64,000 nucleotides of DNA from Nannocystales bacterium. GTDB lineage: Bacteria > Myxococcota_A > Polyangia > Nannocystales > Nannocystaceae. The stretch covers positions 64,312 through 128,311 of the forward strand of contig JBOEGF010000020.1 in the NCBI GenBank assembly GCA_050633305.1, read 5' to 3'. The position numbers were made by a program, and so were the translations under genes. Under the pieces are notes generated by a model. It was given only the letters and a program-made list of their open reading frames with translations. It ran no database searches and was not told the DNA's origin. Positions 49,515 to 59,242 of the stretch are shown piece by piece; the stretch's first letter is position 1, and every line of letters starts with the position of its first letter.

Positions 49515-50060
49515 TCAGTCGACATCAAACTCGTCGGCCAGGATTCCGAACCACGCCAAGTCGTGCCGTACGCCACGCTTGACGACGTGTTGGCGCAGCG
49601 TGCCCTCCTTGGTCATGCCCACGTTCGCCATGACCCTGCCGGAGGCGACGTTTGTGGCCATGTGGTGTGCGTGGATCCGCCGCAGCCCGATGGAGAATCC
49701 ATGCCCAACCACGGCGCGTGCCGCCTCGGTGCAGTAGCCGTTCCCCCAATGGGGGACCCCCACCCAGTAGCCAAGCTCGGCGAGCAGCGTCTCTGGATCG
49801 ATCGTAAGGCCGATCGCTCCGACGAGCTCGCCCGACGTGGCCAACGTGATCGCAAAGTTGTGCAGCGTTCCTTCGTCGAACAGGCGCTTGTGGGTGGAGA
49901 TCCACGCTTCCGCCATGCCGTCCTCGTACGGGTGAGGGACGTTGAGGGTCGTCGCGGCGATCCGGTCGTCCCCAGCGAGACGCTGCACATCGTCAGCATC
50001 CGCGAGGGCGAAGGGGCGCAGGAGGAGTCGCGCGGTGGAGAGAGTCGGTCGCTCGGGCAT
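49515..50060 (-). CDS. GNAT N-acetyltransferase (RimJ/RimL family)
   Basis: LSTARLLLRPF, AELGYW, HWGNGYCTEA, NVASGRVMANVGM; AGGAG RBS. Confidence 0.93.
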   Translation of the reverse strand: MPERPTLSTARLLLRPFALADADDVQRLAGDDRIAATTLNVPHPYEDGMAEAWISTHKRLFDEGTLHNFAITLATSGELVGAIGLTIDPETLLAELGYWVGVPHWGNGYCTEAARAVVGHGFSIGLRRIHAHHMATNVASGRVMANVGMTKEGTLRQHVVKRGVRHDLAWFGILADEFDVD

Positions 50061-50434
50061 GCGTCTCCTGCCGTAGGAGACAGAACCCTACCTCAGACGG
50101 TCCGGCCCTGCGTGACTCACCAGACCGGTCCCCGACGTCGAGCTCCTTGCGACCGCGGAGGTCGAGCCCCAGTGGGCGAAGCCCCCACGAGCGCCGTCAG
50201 CGATTCATGCTCGCGCCAACCGGACCGTCAGATAGCCCACCGTGATGGGAGTGCCATCGATGTTTCGGACCTCTCGGGGACTCTCCCAGCGGGTCGCGAT
50301 GAGGCCTCCGCGACATGGCACGTCACGGCACGCAAGATGCGCGTTGAGCCCTGGGCACGTCGGCAGACCGAGACGTCGCTACACGGAGGACTTCTCGGGG
50401 AATGTCCCCGCATGCTCAGACGTAGGGGCCGGCC

Positions 50435-51343
50435 GTGATCTCCAGAACCCGTAGACGAATTGGCGTGTGCCTCGGGGCGTTGGCGGCGACCTTGCTGCTG
50501 CTTGTGCTCGCCATCGAGTCGGGCGTGTTGGTGCGCTGGATGGCAGAGCCCAGCGACTGGGTACCCGAGCCTATGCCGGACCTCGAGATGACGTGCACAG
50601 AACAGTCAGATCCCATTCCGTGGGGCCTGTGCGTCACACGAGAACCGGGCAGCTCGTCGCGAGACTTGCTGGTGCACCTTCACGGGCGGCGCGGCACCGC
50701 GCGATGGTGGAACGACAAGACCTACTACACCGCGGAGCTCTACGAGCACTGGCGCACTGCTGGTGTCGACCCGCCTACGGTCGTCAGTATTTCGTTCGGC
50801 CCTCTGTGGATGCTGACAGACAAGACCGGGGCCGCGTTCCGCGAGTCCATCCTCGCGCAGGCCCGTGCCCGAGCCGAGGCCGTCGCCGGTCACGAGTTCA
50901 GCCGCATCCGGCTCGTCGGAGAGTCGATGGGTGGGTACAACGCGCTGCTTGCTGGGCTCGATGCGGACTTGCCCTTCGACCGTGTCGCAGCCCTGTGCCC
51001 TCCGTTGACGACGACGTCCCCCTTCGGTGCAGGGCTGTTCTCGCGGTTCCGCGAGTCCTCCGTACGAGAGGGCTTCATGCTCCTCGCCTTCTCACGCGCG
51101 TTCTTCGAGGGCGACGCAGACTGGCGCCAAACCGACCCGGTTGCGCGCGTGCTTGCAGGCGAGGCGTTCGGACCGGCGCTGTTCATGTCGTGTGGGGAGC
51201 ACGACCCGTGGGGATGCTTGCAGGGCGGGCAGGCCCTGACCGATGCCATCGGTGCGCAGGGCGGGGACGTGCAATGGCGAGTGCTACCCGAAGGCCACTG
51301 CGCGATCGATACCGAGGGTCTCGCCGCGTTTCTGACCGATTGA
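50435..51343 (+). CDS. Membrane-anchored alpha/beta hydrolase (esterase)
   Basis: HLHG, GESMGG nucleophile, CGEHD, EGH. Confidence 0.85.
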   Translation: MISRTRRRIGVCLGALAATLLLLVLAIESGVLVRWMAEPSDWVPEPMPDLEMTCTEQSDPIPWGLCVTREPGSSSRDLLVHLHGRRGTARWWNDKTYYTAELYEHWRTAGVDPPTVVSISFGPLWMLTDKTGAAFRESILAQARARAEAVAGHEFSRIRLVGESMGGYNALLAGLDADLPFDRVAALCPPLTTTSPFGAGLFSRFRESSVREGFMLLAFSRAFFEGDADWRQTDPVARVLAGEAFGPALFMSCGEHDPWGCLQGGQALTDAIGAQGGDVQWRVLPEGHCAIDTEGLAAFLTD

Positions 51344-51498
51344 TCGTCGGTCGCCACCGTATCGACGTCTCGGTTGATCGTATCGAGTAGGAGTCATGGT
51401 CATCCTTGATAGTGCCCACATGCGTTTCGCCCTTGTGGTGGCTGAGCCGCACCGCCAACCGTCTATGGGGGCCGGGTGTTTCGGCCGTCCAAGGGACC

Positions 51499-52581
51499 CT
51501 ACCCGCCGATCGAGAAGGTCGCCGCACACGTCCCGCCGAACGCAGCCATCGCGCCCTTGACGGCCTTCTTCACGCACGCCTCCACCTTGGGGGACGACGC
51601 CTTCACCTCGACGGCCTTGATCTTGCCGCCCTCGGCATTCCAACGCACCCGAACATCCTCGGGCTTGCTTGCGCACTTCATGAGCTTCTTCTTCCGCTTG
51701 GAGATGCCGGAAATGGCTCCCATGGCGCCACCGAACAAGCCACCACCACCATCACGGCGACACTGAAGGTTGGAGGCGGAGAGGCCGTCGACGGCGATGG
51801 AGCCGATGGAGACGTTGGCACCTTCGACAGGGAGGACCGAGGCGATACGGTCGCGGTCGAGGGCCGCGTCGACCTTGCCGAGGTTGTCACAGGCTTCCTG
51901 GTCGCCGCCCTTGCACCCCTGGTCGAGATAAGCGCGCGCCCGATCGACATCGGCCTTCACACCCAAGCCCTGCGCGTGGATCACCCCGAGCAAGCCGCAG
52001 CCCGAGACGGATTCGGCGGTGCAGATGACCTCGGCCATGGCCTTGGCGTTGCCGTAATCCCCGGCGGAATAGGCGGTGAGAGCACCACGGCTGCAGGCCA
52101 GGGATCGCAACACTGCATCGTCGAGGTCGGGAGTGCACGCCTTGGCGTACAGGGCACTGGCCTGGGATGGGTCGGACTCGCGACGCTTCTCGGCGGCGTT
52201 GAAACAAGAAGCCGTGACGCCGTGCTCGCACGCCTTCCCCCACAGGGTCAGGGCGAGCTCGGGGTCTTCGTCATCGACCGCGGACGCGAGCGCATCACAG
52301 GACTTCATGCCCCCTGCGTCGCAGCCGTGTTGAAAGAGGGCACGCGCGCCAGCGTCGTCGCCAGCCTTGGCCAGCGCCCGTCCCTCGTCGGCACAGTCGG
52401 CGTCGGCACGACACGGTCCCTCGGGCTCCGGGTCGACCGCTGCGACTTCCGCTGCGTCAACCGACGGGACCTCGGCGGGAGTGGGTGCCGCGGTGACGTC
52501 GGGGGCCTTGCCTGCACAACCGACCACCGCGAGCAAGAGGACAGCGACACTCGTTGGGCCTGCGGACGTGAAGAGAGCCAT
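51499..52581 (-). CDS. Sel1-like repeat lipoprotein
   Basis: Lipobox VVGC; KACEHG..SC, GLGVKADVDRARAYLDQGCKGG. Confidence 0.88.
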   Translation of the reverse strand: MALFTSAGPTSVAVLLLAVVGCAGKAPDVTAAPTPAEVPSVDAAEVAAVDPEPEGPCRADADCADEGRALAKAGDDAGARALFQHGCDAGGMKSCDALASAVDDEDPELALTLWGKACEHGVTASCFNAAEKRRESDPSQASALYAKACTPDLDDAVLRSLACSRGALTAYSAGDYGNAKAMAEVICTAESVSGCGLLGVIHAQGLGVKADVDRARAYLDQGCKGGDQEACDNLGKVDAALDRDRIASVLPVEGANVSIGSIAVDGLSASNLQCRRDGGGGLFGGAMGAISGISKRKKKLMKCASKPEDVRVRWNAEGGKIKAVEVKASSPKVEACVKKAVKGAMAAFGGTCAATFSIGG

Positions 52582-52876
52582 GTACGCGAGACGAAGATGC
52601 CTGATCGGGGTTGCAGCAATTCGGGGGGGGTGTCAGATCGGCACAACGGGGTGTGGTGTTTTCGCATCACCCTCTGGCTGCAAATGCTGACGCACCAGTG
52701 AGCTTCGACCCCGGCGTCGACGGCTGACGACATCGAGGTGGTCGATGCGGTCCCCGAAGAGCGGTTCACCGAAATGAACTGGGAAATCGGAGGACGCTCG
52801 GGCCGCTCCCGCGGACCGAAGACAACGCCCCCCACGTTCTCGCCAGCCAGGCTACGTACGCCCGACAAGCCCCGAG

Positions 52877-53578
52877 TCACTTCCAGTAGTGGCGATCGAT
52901 CGCCTCTCGCAGCTGTTGGGGGTCGATGTCTGGACCCGCGGTGAGCCGTTGCACCTGCCCATCTGGCATGCGCAGCGAAAAGCTCAGCGGGCGCCCTTCG
53001 GACTGCGCGTCACTGACGTCAGACACCTCGTAGTCGCCCGCCAAAATGGAGACCGAACACCCAAGCCAGTCCGTGGAGTAGTGGGCGGTCCTGACCCCGT
53101 TGGCCTCGGGCGCGGTTTCGGTGCGCTCGAATATCGGCGAGATCGACTTTGCGGTCACGGTCTCCAAGACCCGAAACCCGTTCTCGGTCCAGACGACCGG
53201 GGTGCTGACCGCGGTGTCACAACCGTGCAAGGTTGAACGTTCGATCGTGCCCGACGCCTCCTTCACGTAGCGATACCGGGAGTGCACCCGGTTTGCGGTG
53301 AACGTCAGGAAGGAGTCCGTCGCGACAATGTCGCTGTCCGAAGGGGGGTCTGGCCGCTTGTACACACCGTCTACTCGTGGGCGCACCGCGGGCTGAACGT
53401 CGGGCTGGGCTGCCATCCCAGCGTCGAGCTTGGCTTGGAGCTCAGCCACGCGCTGCTCCAGAGTCTCAATGCGAGCATCGGCTTCCGGTGTGGAGGTCGG
53501 TGACGTGGGAGACGCCGAACCCGTCCGACAGCCAACCGCCGCGAAAACCAGCACCATGAACCAAGCCCGACCTCGCAT
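52877..53578 (-). CDS. Hypothetical lipoprotein with coiled coil
   Basis: Lipobox AVGC; RIETLEQRVAELQAKL. Confidence 0.75.
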   Translation of the reverse strand: MRGRAWFMVLVFAAVGCRTGSASPTSPTSTPEADARIETLEQRVAELQAKLDAGMAAQPDVQPAVRPRVDGVYKRPDPPSDSDIVATDSFLTFTANRVHSRYRYVKEASGTIERSTLHGCDTAVSTPVVWTENGFRVLETVTAKSISPIFERTETAPEANGVRTAHYSTDWLGCSVSILAGDYEVSDVSDAQSEGRPLSFSLRMPDGQVQRLTAGPDIDPQQLREAIDRHYWK

Positions 53579-53937
53579 CTCAAGCCTAGACGCGACCGGG
53601 CTGGTCCGAATGCAGGCCCAGCAATGATTCTCCAGGTGGGTCCGCTCACTTCCCAAATTGGGTAGTTTGCGGAGCTGGCACATCGGGTCCATCGCTCGCT
53701 CGGCTCGAGCGTGTCGAGCTGCCGACATCTCCGTCGATGTGGTGTCGACCGCGGCGACAGCGCAGCTGGCCAGCGACCTGAGAAGGAGCGGAGGCGGAGC
53801 GGCGTGCGTCGGGAACCACGTGGAAAAGACCGTTCGTCGCGCATCACCAGGTAAGAAACCTAGCGGCCGCGCATCCAACGAGAGCGAGGAGGAGAAGGGC
53901 TCCGGCCTTCGCACCACTCGAGTTCAGAAGCGCAGTC

Positions 53938-55284
53938 ATGGCCACTCCATACGACATCATCATCATCGGCGGCGGAAACGCTGGTTTCGCAGTTTCGAAG
54001 ATCGCCCACGCGGAAGGAAAGCGTCTGGCCTTCATCGAAGAGCGCGACTTCGGAGGCACCTGCCCGAACCGTGGGTGCACGCCCAAGAAGGTCTTGGTCG
54101 CGGCAGCCCACGTCCTCGACGAGATTGCTCGCGCATCCGTCCACGCGATCGAAGTGGAAAAACCGAAGCTCGATTGGCCTCAGCTGATCGCCCGTGCACA
54201 GGACATGATCTCGTTCATTCCCGATGCCATGGCATCGACCGCAGGCAAGCGCGCAGATGTCTACCGGGGGCGCGCTCGTTTTGTCGATCCCCACACGGTC
54301 GAAGTCGGCGGCGTCGAGCTTCGCGGCGAGCACATCGTGATCGCCACCGGTTCACGTCCGCGACCGCTGGCGTTCGAAGGCGCGGAGCATCTGGTGACCT
54401 CGGAAGTCGTCCTGAGTGACCCCGAGCTCCCCGATGAGGTTCTCTTTGTTGGAGGTGGTGTCATTGCGATGGAGTTCGCGCACGTCCTCCAACGCGCGGG
54501 GAGTGAGGTCACGATTCTCGAAGTCATGCCCCGCTTGCTCTCGCGCTTGGACGAAGACGCCGTGGCCGCGCTTCGAACCGAGACCGAGTCGTTGGGGACT
54601 CAGATTCACACGGGCATCCAAGTGGTGCGGATCGAGCCTGAGAACGGCCGTCTGCGCGTGCACTACACGCTGGCGGGGGAAGCTCAGTCCAAGCTGGTCG
54701 ACCGTGTCGTCAATGGTGCAGGACGGGTGGCAAACGTCGATGGTCTGAACCTGGAGGCGGCTGCTGTGGAACACGACCGAGGCCGGATCACGGTGGACGC
54801 CTACCTTCGCTCGAAGAGTCAGCCTCATATCTGGGTGGCCGGCGACGCCTTGGCCAACTCGGCACAGCTCTCCCCGCTGGCGGGGTACGAAGGGAGCATC
54901 GTTGGGCACAACATCGTGCATGGCCCGGAGAAGACACCCGACTACCGCACGGTCCCGAGTGTCGTCCACACGGTGCCAGCACTGGCGAGCGTCGGGTTGT
55001 CAGAAGCCCAAGCAATCGAGGCGGGGAAGAACGTTCGAGTCACGAAGAACGACATGGCGACATGGTTCTCTGGGAGGTCGTACGCAGAGACGACAGCCTT
55101 CGCCAAGGTTCTGATCGACAAGGAGACCGACCTCATCCTGGGTGCCCAGATGGTCGGGCACCGGGGCGAGGAGCTCATTCACGTTTTCGCCTTGGCCATG
55201 GCGCACGGGATCACGGCCTCAAACCTGGCGGCCAGCCACTTCGCCTTCCCAACGTTCTCGAGCGACATCAAGAACCTGCTGTGA
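53938..55284 (+). CDS. Class I pyridine nucleotide-disulfide oxidoreductase (glutathione reductase-like)
   Basis: GGGNAG, GGTCPNRGCTPKK redox disulfide, GGGVIAMEFA, AGD, FPTFS. Confidence 0.93.
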   Translation: MATPYDIIIIGGGNAGFAVSKIAHAEGKRLAFIEERDFGGTCPNRGCTPKKVLVAAAHVLDEIARASVHAIEVEKPKLDWPQLIARAQDMISFIPDAMASTAGKRADVYRGRARFVDPHTVEVGGVELRGEHIVIATGSRPRPLAFEGAEHLVTSEVVLSDPELPDEVLFVGGGVIAMEFAHVLQRAGSEVTILEVMPRLLSRLDEDAVAALRTETESLGTQIHTGIQVVRIEPENGRLRVHYTLAGEAQSKLVDRVVNGAGRVANVDGLNLEAAAVEHDRGRITVDAYLRSKSQPHIWVAGDALANSAQLSPLAGYEGSIVGHNIVHGPEKTPDYRTVPSVVHTVPALASVGLSEAQAIEAGKNVRVTKNDMATWFSGRSYAETTAFAKVLIDKETDLILGAQMVGHRGEELIHVFALAMAHGITASNLAASHFAFPTFSSDIKNLL

Positions 55285-55469
55285 ACAACCCGAGAGTGCC
55301 GCGCAGTGCTGCCCCTCGCCCACGACGGGACTCCGGGCTCACAGGCTTCGAAGTCCGGCGCTGAGCGGTCGCCGCTGGCGACTGGCCGAAAAAGAACCGG
55401 CCACGCCCTGAGGACTGCGTACCGATCTGCGGTCCCCAGGGTCCACCCCCTTGATCGGGAGCGACAGGC

Positions 55470-56960
55470 TCAGGGGTGGCGCTCGATTGGCAAGCAACCC
55501 GGCACACTGAAGCGCCCCGTAATCTCGAGATCCGACACCGCCCCACGACCCGTGCCCCACACCCCCGCAGCGTTCAGCGGATCAGTCGGATCGAGTCGCG
55601 CGTACACGAACTGCGGGATCGGAAACAGCTGGTTGTGCTCGGGGACCGTGGGGTCGGCGGCCAACTCGAACAGCAAGGTGATCCACGCCTGACCTGTCGT
55701 GAACGGAGCCGCGGGACCGCAGCCGTAGTCGACGACGATTGTGCCATCGGTGGACACACGACTCTCGGACTCCCCCTGCTGCGCGATCGCGGGGAGCGTG
55801 GCGCGGAGCAGGTTGCCCTGCGGGTCGAACTCGATCGTCGCGCGAGAGCCATCCGCGCCGTCGTATTGCATTCGCGAGGGCGTACCTTCGTGCCGCGAAG
55901 ACCACGCGATCGTCCACACGTCGACTCCCGCTGGGCGCTCACGGTGCTCCTTCACCACACGCCCCTTCGCGTCGCGCTCGTATCGCCACGTTGACGTCGC
56001 ACCGCACGTGGGCAGCTGTGCTTCGAGCGGTAGGCCATCGTTGCCCCAACGGACTTGCGCAACAGTCTCGGCCCCGAGCGTCGCCTGGGTCCACCGCGGC
56101 GATCCCTCGAATACGAGTGGGTCCAACTCGGGCAGATCGACGAAGCTCACGGTCGCGGTCGTCGACTCGGCCAGGTCGACCAGGCACTCATACTTGGTCT
56201 CCTCGAAATCGGGCCCCTGCGCGAAGACTGTTCCGCCACTTCTCACCTCGCTGCATTCCTCGTCCCCCATGACAGGCTCGCCATCCAGGTCGAAACGCTC
56301 GGCCGGTACACCCTCGAGAAAACACCACGCGCACCCGGGGTACCCGTAGCGGACGGACTTGGATGAACGAGCTGCAACCTGGTACGTACCGCGGGCCGGA
56401 TTCGACTCCCAGCGGTTCGTGAAGCACCGCTGCGCATGATCCAATCCGATGCCGCTTGCGCGGTACGTCAGCGCCTCTTCGCCGCCGTACCAGCGCTCCC
56501 ACCCTTCGAAATCTCTAGCGTCTAAGGGCATGCCTCCGACCTCCCCAGAGGAGCACAGATCGGGCAACCCGCCGAACGAATCATCGAGTCCACCAGACCA
56601 CTCGAGTCTGTGCTCGCGAACTTGCGAGGCGTCGGTCGTCCAAGACTCTCTCCAACGCTCGTTTCCAACCTTCGCCTCCGCCGCATCGCCAAACGTGGAC
56701 GCGCTCACCAGGCGGCCCAACGCCCCCCTCTCGTACGTACGAAACGTGTACGTCTGCCCCGTTCCATCGGCGGTCTGCAGCGCGCACGCCCCCAGGTGCC
56801 GAGACGGTTTGGGTGTCGGTTCGCGGACGTCTCGGCTTGTCGCAGTCTCTGGTGATTCCGCCGCATCGGGTGCCGACGCACCACCTCCGCGGCACGAGGC
56901 AGTCGCGAACATGAGCGTCGCAATCCCGATCGCATGCAGAGTTCGCCGAGCGATGACCAC
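55470..56960 (-). CDS. Hypothetical lipoprotein with YD/RHS-like motifs
   Basis: GAAGGGG RBS, lipobox TASC; YERGALGRLV, YERDAKGRVVKE, FDPQGNLL. Confidence 0.7.
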   Translation of the reverse strand: MVIARRTLHAIGIATLMFATASCRGGGASAPDAAESPETATSRDVREPTPKPSRHLGACALQTADGTGQTYTFRTYERGALGRLVSASTFGDAAEAKVGNERWRESWTTDASQVREHRLEWSGGLDDSFGGLPDLCSSGEVGGMPLDARDFEGWERWYGGEEALTYRASGIGLDHAQRCFTNRWESNPARGTYQVAARSSKSVRYGYPGCAWCFLEGVPAERFDLDGEPVMGDEECSEVRSGGTVFAQGPDFEETKYECLVDLAESTTATVSFVDLPELDPLVFEGSPRWTQATLGAETVAQVRWGNDGLPLEAQLPTCGATSTWRYERDAKGRVVKEHRERPAGVDVWTIAWSSRHEGTPSRMQYDGADGSRATIEFDPQGNLLRATLPAIAQQGESESRVSTDGTIVVDYGCGPAAPFTTGQAWITLLFELAADPTVPEHNQLFPIPQFVYARLDPTDPLNAAGVWGTGRGAVSDLEITGRFSVPGCLPIERHP

Positions 56961-57019
56961 GCCCCTTCGAGCGGCCCCCTGTCCTGTGGACACCCACCTC
57001 GCACAGCCTCGCAGGACTG

Positions 57020-59242
57020 CTACGTCACCTTGCCATCGAACACGAGCCACTGCGCCGCTCCTTTCTCCCACGTGTACGTGGGCTCCAAAAAATGGAGCGC
57101 GAACAGCGAGTCGCGTCGTCGTCGCTCCACCAGGCCGTCGACACGCCCTTCCCAAGGCCTTGGCAATCGCGTGCCCGTCGCCGTCTTCACCGCTCCTTCG
57201 AACTTCAAGGCGATCTCCATCGCCGAGGTCCCTTCGGCGCTCGGGGCCGAGTGCGAAGCGGCGACCGTCAGCGTTCCCGACGTCTTCCCGGTCTTTTTCG
57301 CGGCGCTCTGATTCTTCGCGACGAGTGTGGTCGCGCCCGCGGCGGAGACTTCTACGCTGTAGCGAAAGCCGAGCAAGCTGCTCTTCTTGGCTTTCTTGTT
57401 CTTCTTTGGTGGGAACGGCACAGTCTTGCCCGAAACGCCTCCCTCGAAGACAAGCTTCACGGTGGCCTGGTTATCCCCCTCGCCAACAGTCACACTGCGT
57501 TCAATCGATGTTCCCGCGAGCGTGCCGTCGAGTTCGGCCTGCGTGAAGCTCTCCGAGCCCTGCCCGACTTGCCCGGAGTCCGCGCCCTCTCGCTTGACGG
57601 AGAACGACACGACGAGCGAGGTGAGAGCTGCACGCTTGGCTTGGGTGGCCGCGACGTCTTCCTCGCGAAAACACTCATACTGGAGCTTCTTGATCCCCGC
57701 GGGGTCGTTGACGATGAAGCGTGTCACGCCGCCGGTCTTGCGATATCCGACGACGAGGACATAGTGCCCGCCAGGGTCCTTGCCTTCGAGCAGATAACGG
57801 CCGCTCTTGACGTGGGCGATCGCCGGCAGACCCTTGTCGAGGTGCTTCTTCAGTTTTGCCTCCCAGGTGGTCGTCGAGCTGCTCATGTCCAGCGACGTGA
57901 CCCGAAGTTTGAGCGCTTTCCTCAGCGCGCCTTTATACGGAGGCTCCACGCGAAAGGACTCCTTGGAGGCGAAGTCGCCGACGGGAAGTGGGTGTTTCAT
58001 GCGGTACGCAAGAACCGGCGTGCCGTCAGGATGCACGGCGTCGAGCGTCTCGGTCCCTCCCCCCTTCTTCTTGGCCACCCACGTACTCGGCGCGCCTTCG
58101 ACGGTGTCGTCCGCGTCCGCGGGGTTGGTCGTGCTGTCTTCTGTTTCTTTTCGCCGCACCCACCACACCAGCCTGGGCACCCACCAGTGCTTGGGGATCG
58201 TTGCTCTCGTCGTCCGACTGGCCTGCACCGCATCAGCATCCGCCCCCGTCACATCGGAAAACGACGTGCCAGCGACAAACTTGGGAGCCTCCTTCCACGT
58301 GCCTTTGTGCTCTTCGAACAATGCCTTGGAGGTGCTGTTGATCTCCGCCGGCGTCATCGAAAACCGTTTGTACGACTTCGCCTTCTTGTCGGCCTTGAGA
58401 AACGGCTTGAAGGCACCGTCAAGCTCGGGCTCAACGAACTCGTCGAAGAGCGAGATCCAGGTTTTCTCGGCCGGCGGTAGGTCCTTTTCGCTCTCGGCCA
58501 CCGACGGGTCGGGCCGGCGGATGTATCGCAGCGCCATGGTCAGCACCACGTAGTTGCAACCGATATCGCAAATCGTCTTGGCGATCGGGTCGCCGATCTT
58601 GCTCGTCCCCACCAGAACCTGTCCCCAGCCGCGGTCCGAGGTGCCGTTGTTGCCGCCGTGAAAGAACTTCAGCACCATCCGGCCCATCGCGGCATTTTTT
58701 AGAGATGCGTCGCATTGATTGAGCGGCTCGACCGCAAGCAGCACGTCAGTCCGACGTCGGACCAAATGCACGTCGGTCGTCGCCAGCAGCGCGCCGTCGG
58801 GGGAGGTCGCGTCGAAGAGCTTCGCGTAGAGTTCGTAGAACGCGCCGTCGGATGCTCCATCTACAGGTTCATCACCACCTGTATGCGGGACGCCGCATGC
58901 AAACGTCTTTGTGCTTCCCTCGAAGGTGATGACGACGTGGTCGCTGCCGCCACTCTTGCCCAGGACGGAGGTGCCCGATTCGGGGACGAACAGACTGCCG
59001 CCCCCCGGCCGCTCCGTGAGCGTGCCTTCGAACTCGATGATGAGGTCGTCCTTTTTGTCCTCGGTCCGTTTTTTGAGTTTGTCGTTGTAGTCGTCAACTT
59101 CGTGTTTCTTCGCGTCCGACTCGTAGACTTCAATGCGAACGCGCGCAGGCGGATTTTTGGAGCGCTGGATCGACAGTTCCAGCGGCTCGGCCACCATCAC
59201 CGTCTTGGGCGCTCTCCAGCTCAGCTTCCACCCCTTCGCCAC
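57020..59242 (-). CDS. Large protein with split peptidase C39-like (papain-fold) catalytic triad, putative effector
   Basis: TICDIGCNYVVLTMALRY (Cys), GHYVLVVGY (His), FIVNDPAG (Asp); no signal peptide. Confidence 0.7.
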   Translation of the reverse strand: MAKGWKLSWRAPKTVMVAEPLELSIQRSKNPPARVRIEVYESDAKKHEVDDYNDKLKKRTEDKKDDLIIEFEGTLTERPGGGSLFVPESGTSVLGKSGGSDHVVITFEGSTKTFACGVPHTGGDEPVDGASDGAFYELYAKLFDATSPDGALLATTDVHLVRRRTDVLLAVEPLNQCDASLKNAAMGRMVLKFFHGGNNGTSDRGWGQVLVGTSKIGDPIAKTICDIGCNYVVLTMALRYIRRPDPSVAESEKDLPPAEKTWISLFDEFVEPELDGAFKPFLKADKKAKSYKRFSMTPAEINSTSKALFEEHKGTWKEAPKFVAGTSFSDVTGADADAVQASRTTRATIPKHWWVPRLVWWVRRKETEDSTTNPADADDTVEGAPSTWVAKKKGGGTETLDAVHPDGTPVLAYRMKHPLPVGDFASKESFRVEPPYKGALRKALKLRVTSLDMSSSTTTWEAKLKKHLDKGLPAIAHVKSGRYLLEGKDPGGHYVLVVGYRKTGGVTRFIVNDPAGIKKLQYECFREEDVAATQAKRAALTSLVVSFSVKREGADSGQVGQGSESFTQAELDGTLAGTSIERSVTVGEGDNQATVKLVFEGGVSGKTVPFPPKKNKKAKKSSLLGFRYSVEVSAAGATTLVAKNQSAAKKTGKTSGTLTVAASHSAPSAEGTSAMEIALKFEGAVKTATGTRLPRPWEGRVDGLVERRRRDSLFALHFLEPTYTWEKGAAQWLVFDGKVT

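Noticed and set aside
51406..52701. 431-aa plus-strand ORF (likewise 57092-58480 and 59635-60633)
   Set aside because: Antisense shadows of well-supported minus-strand genes
55470..56960. Classical RHS toxin
   Set aside because: Only about three YD-like motifs, a lipoprotein signal, and no DPxG-terminated RHS core
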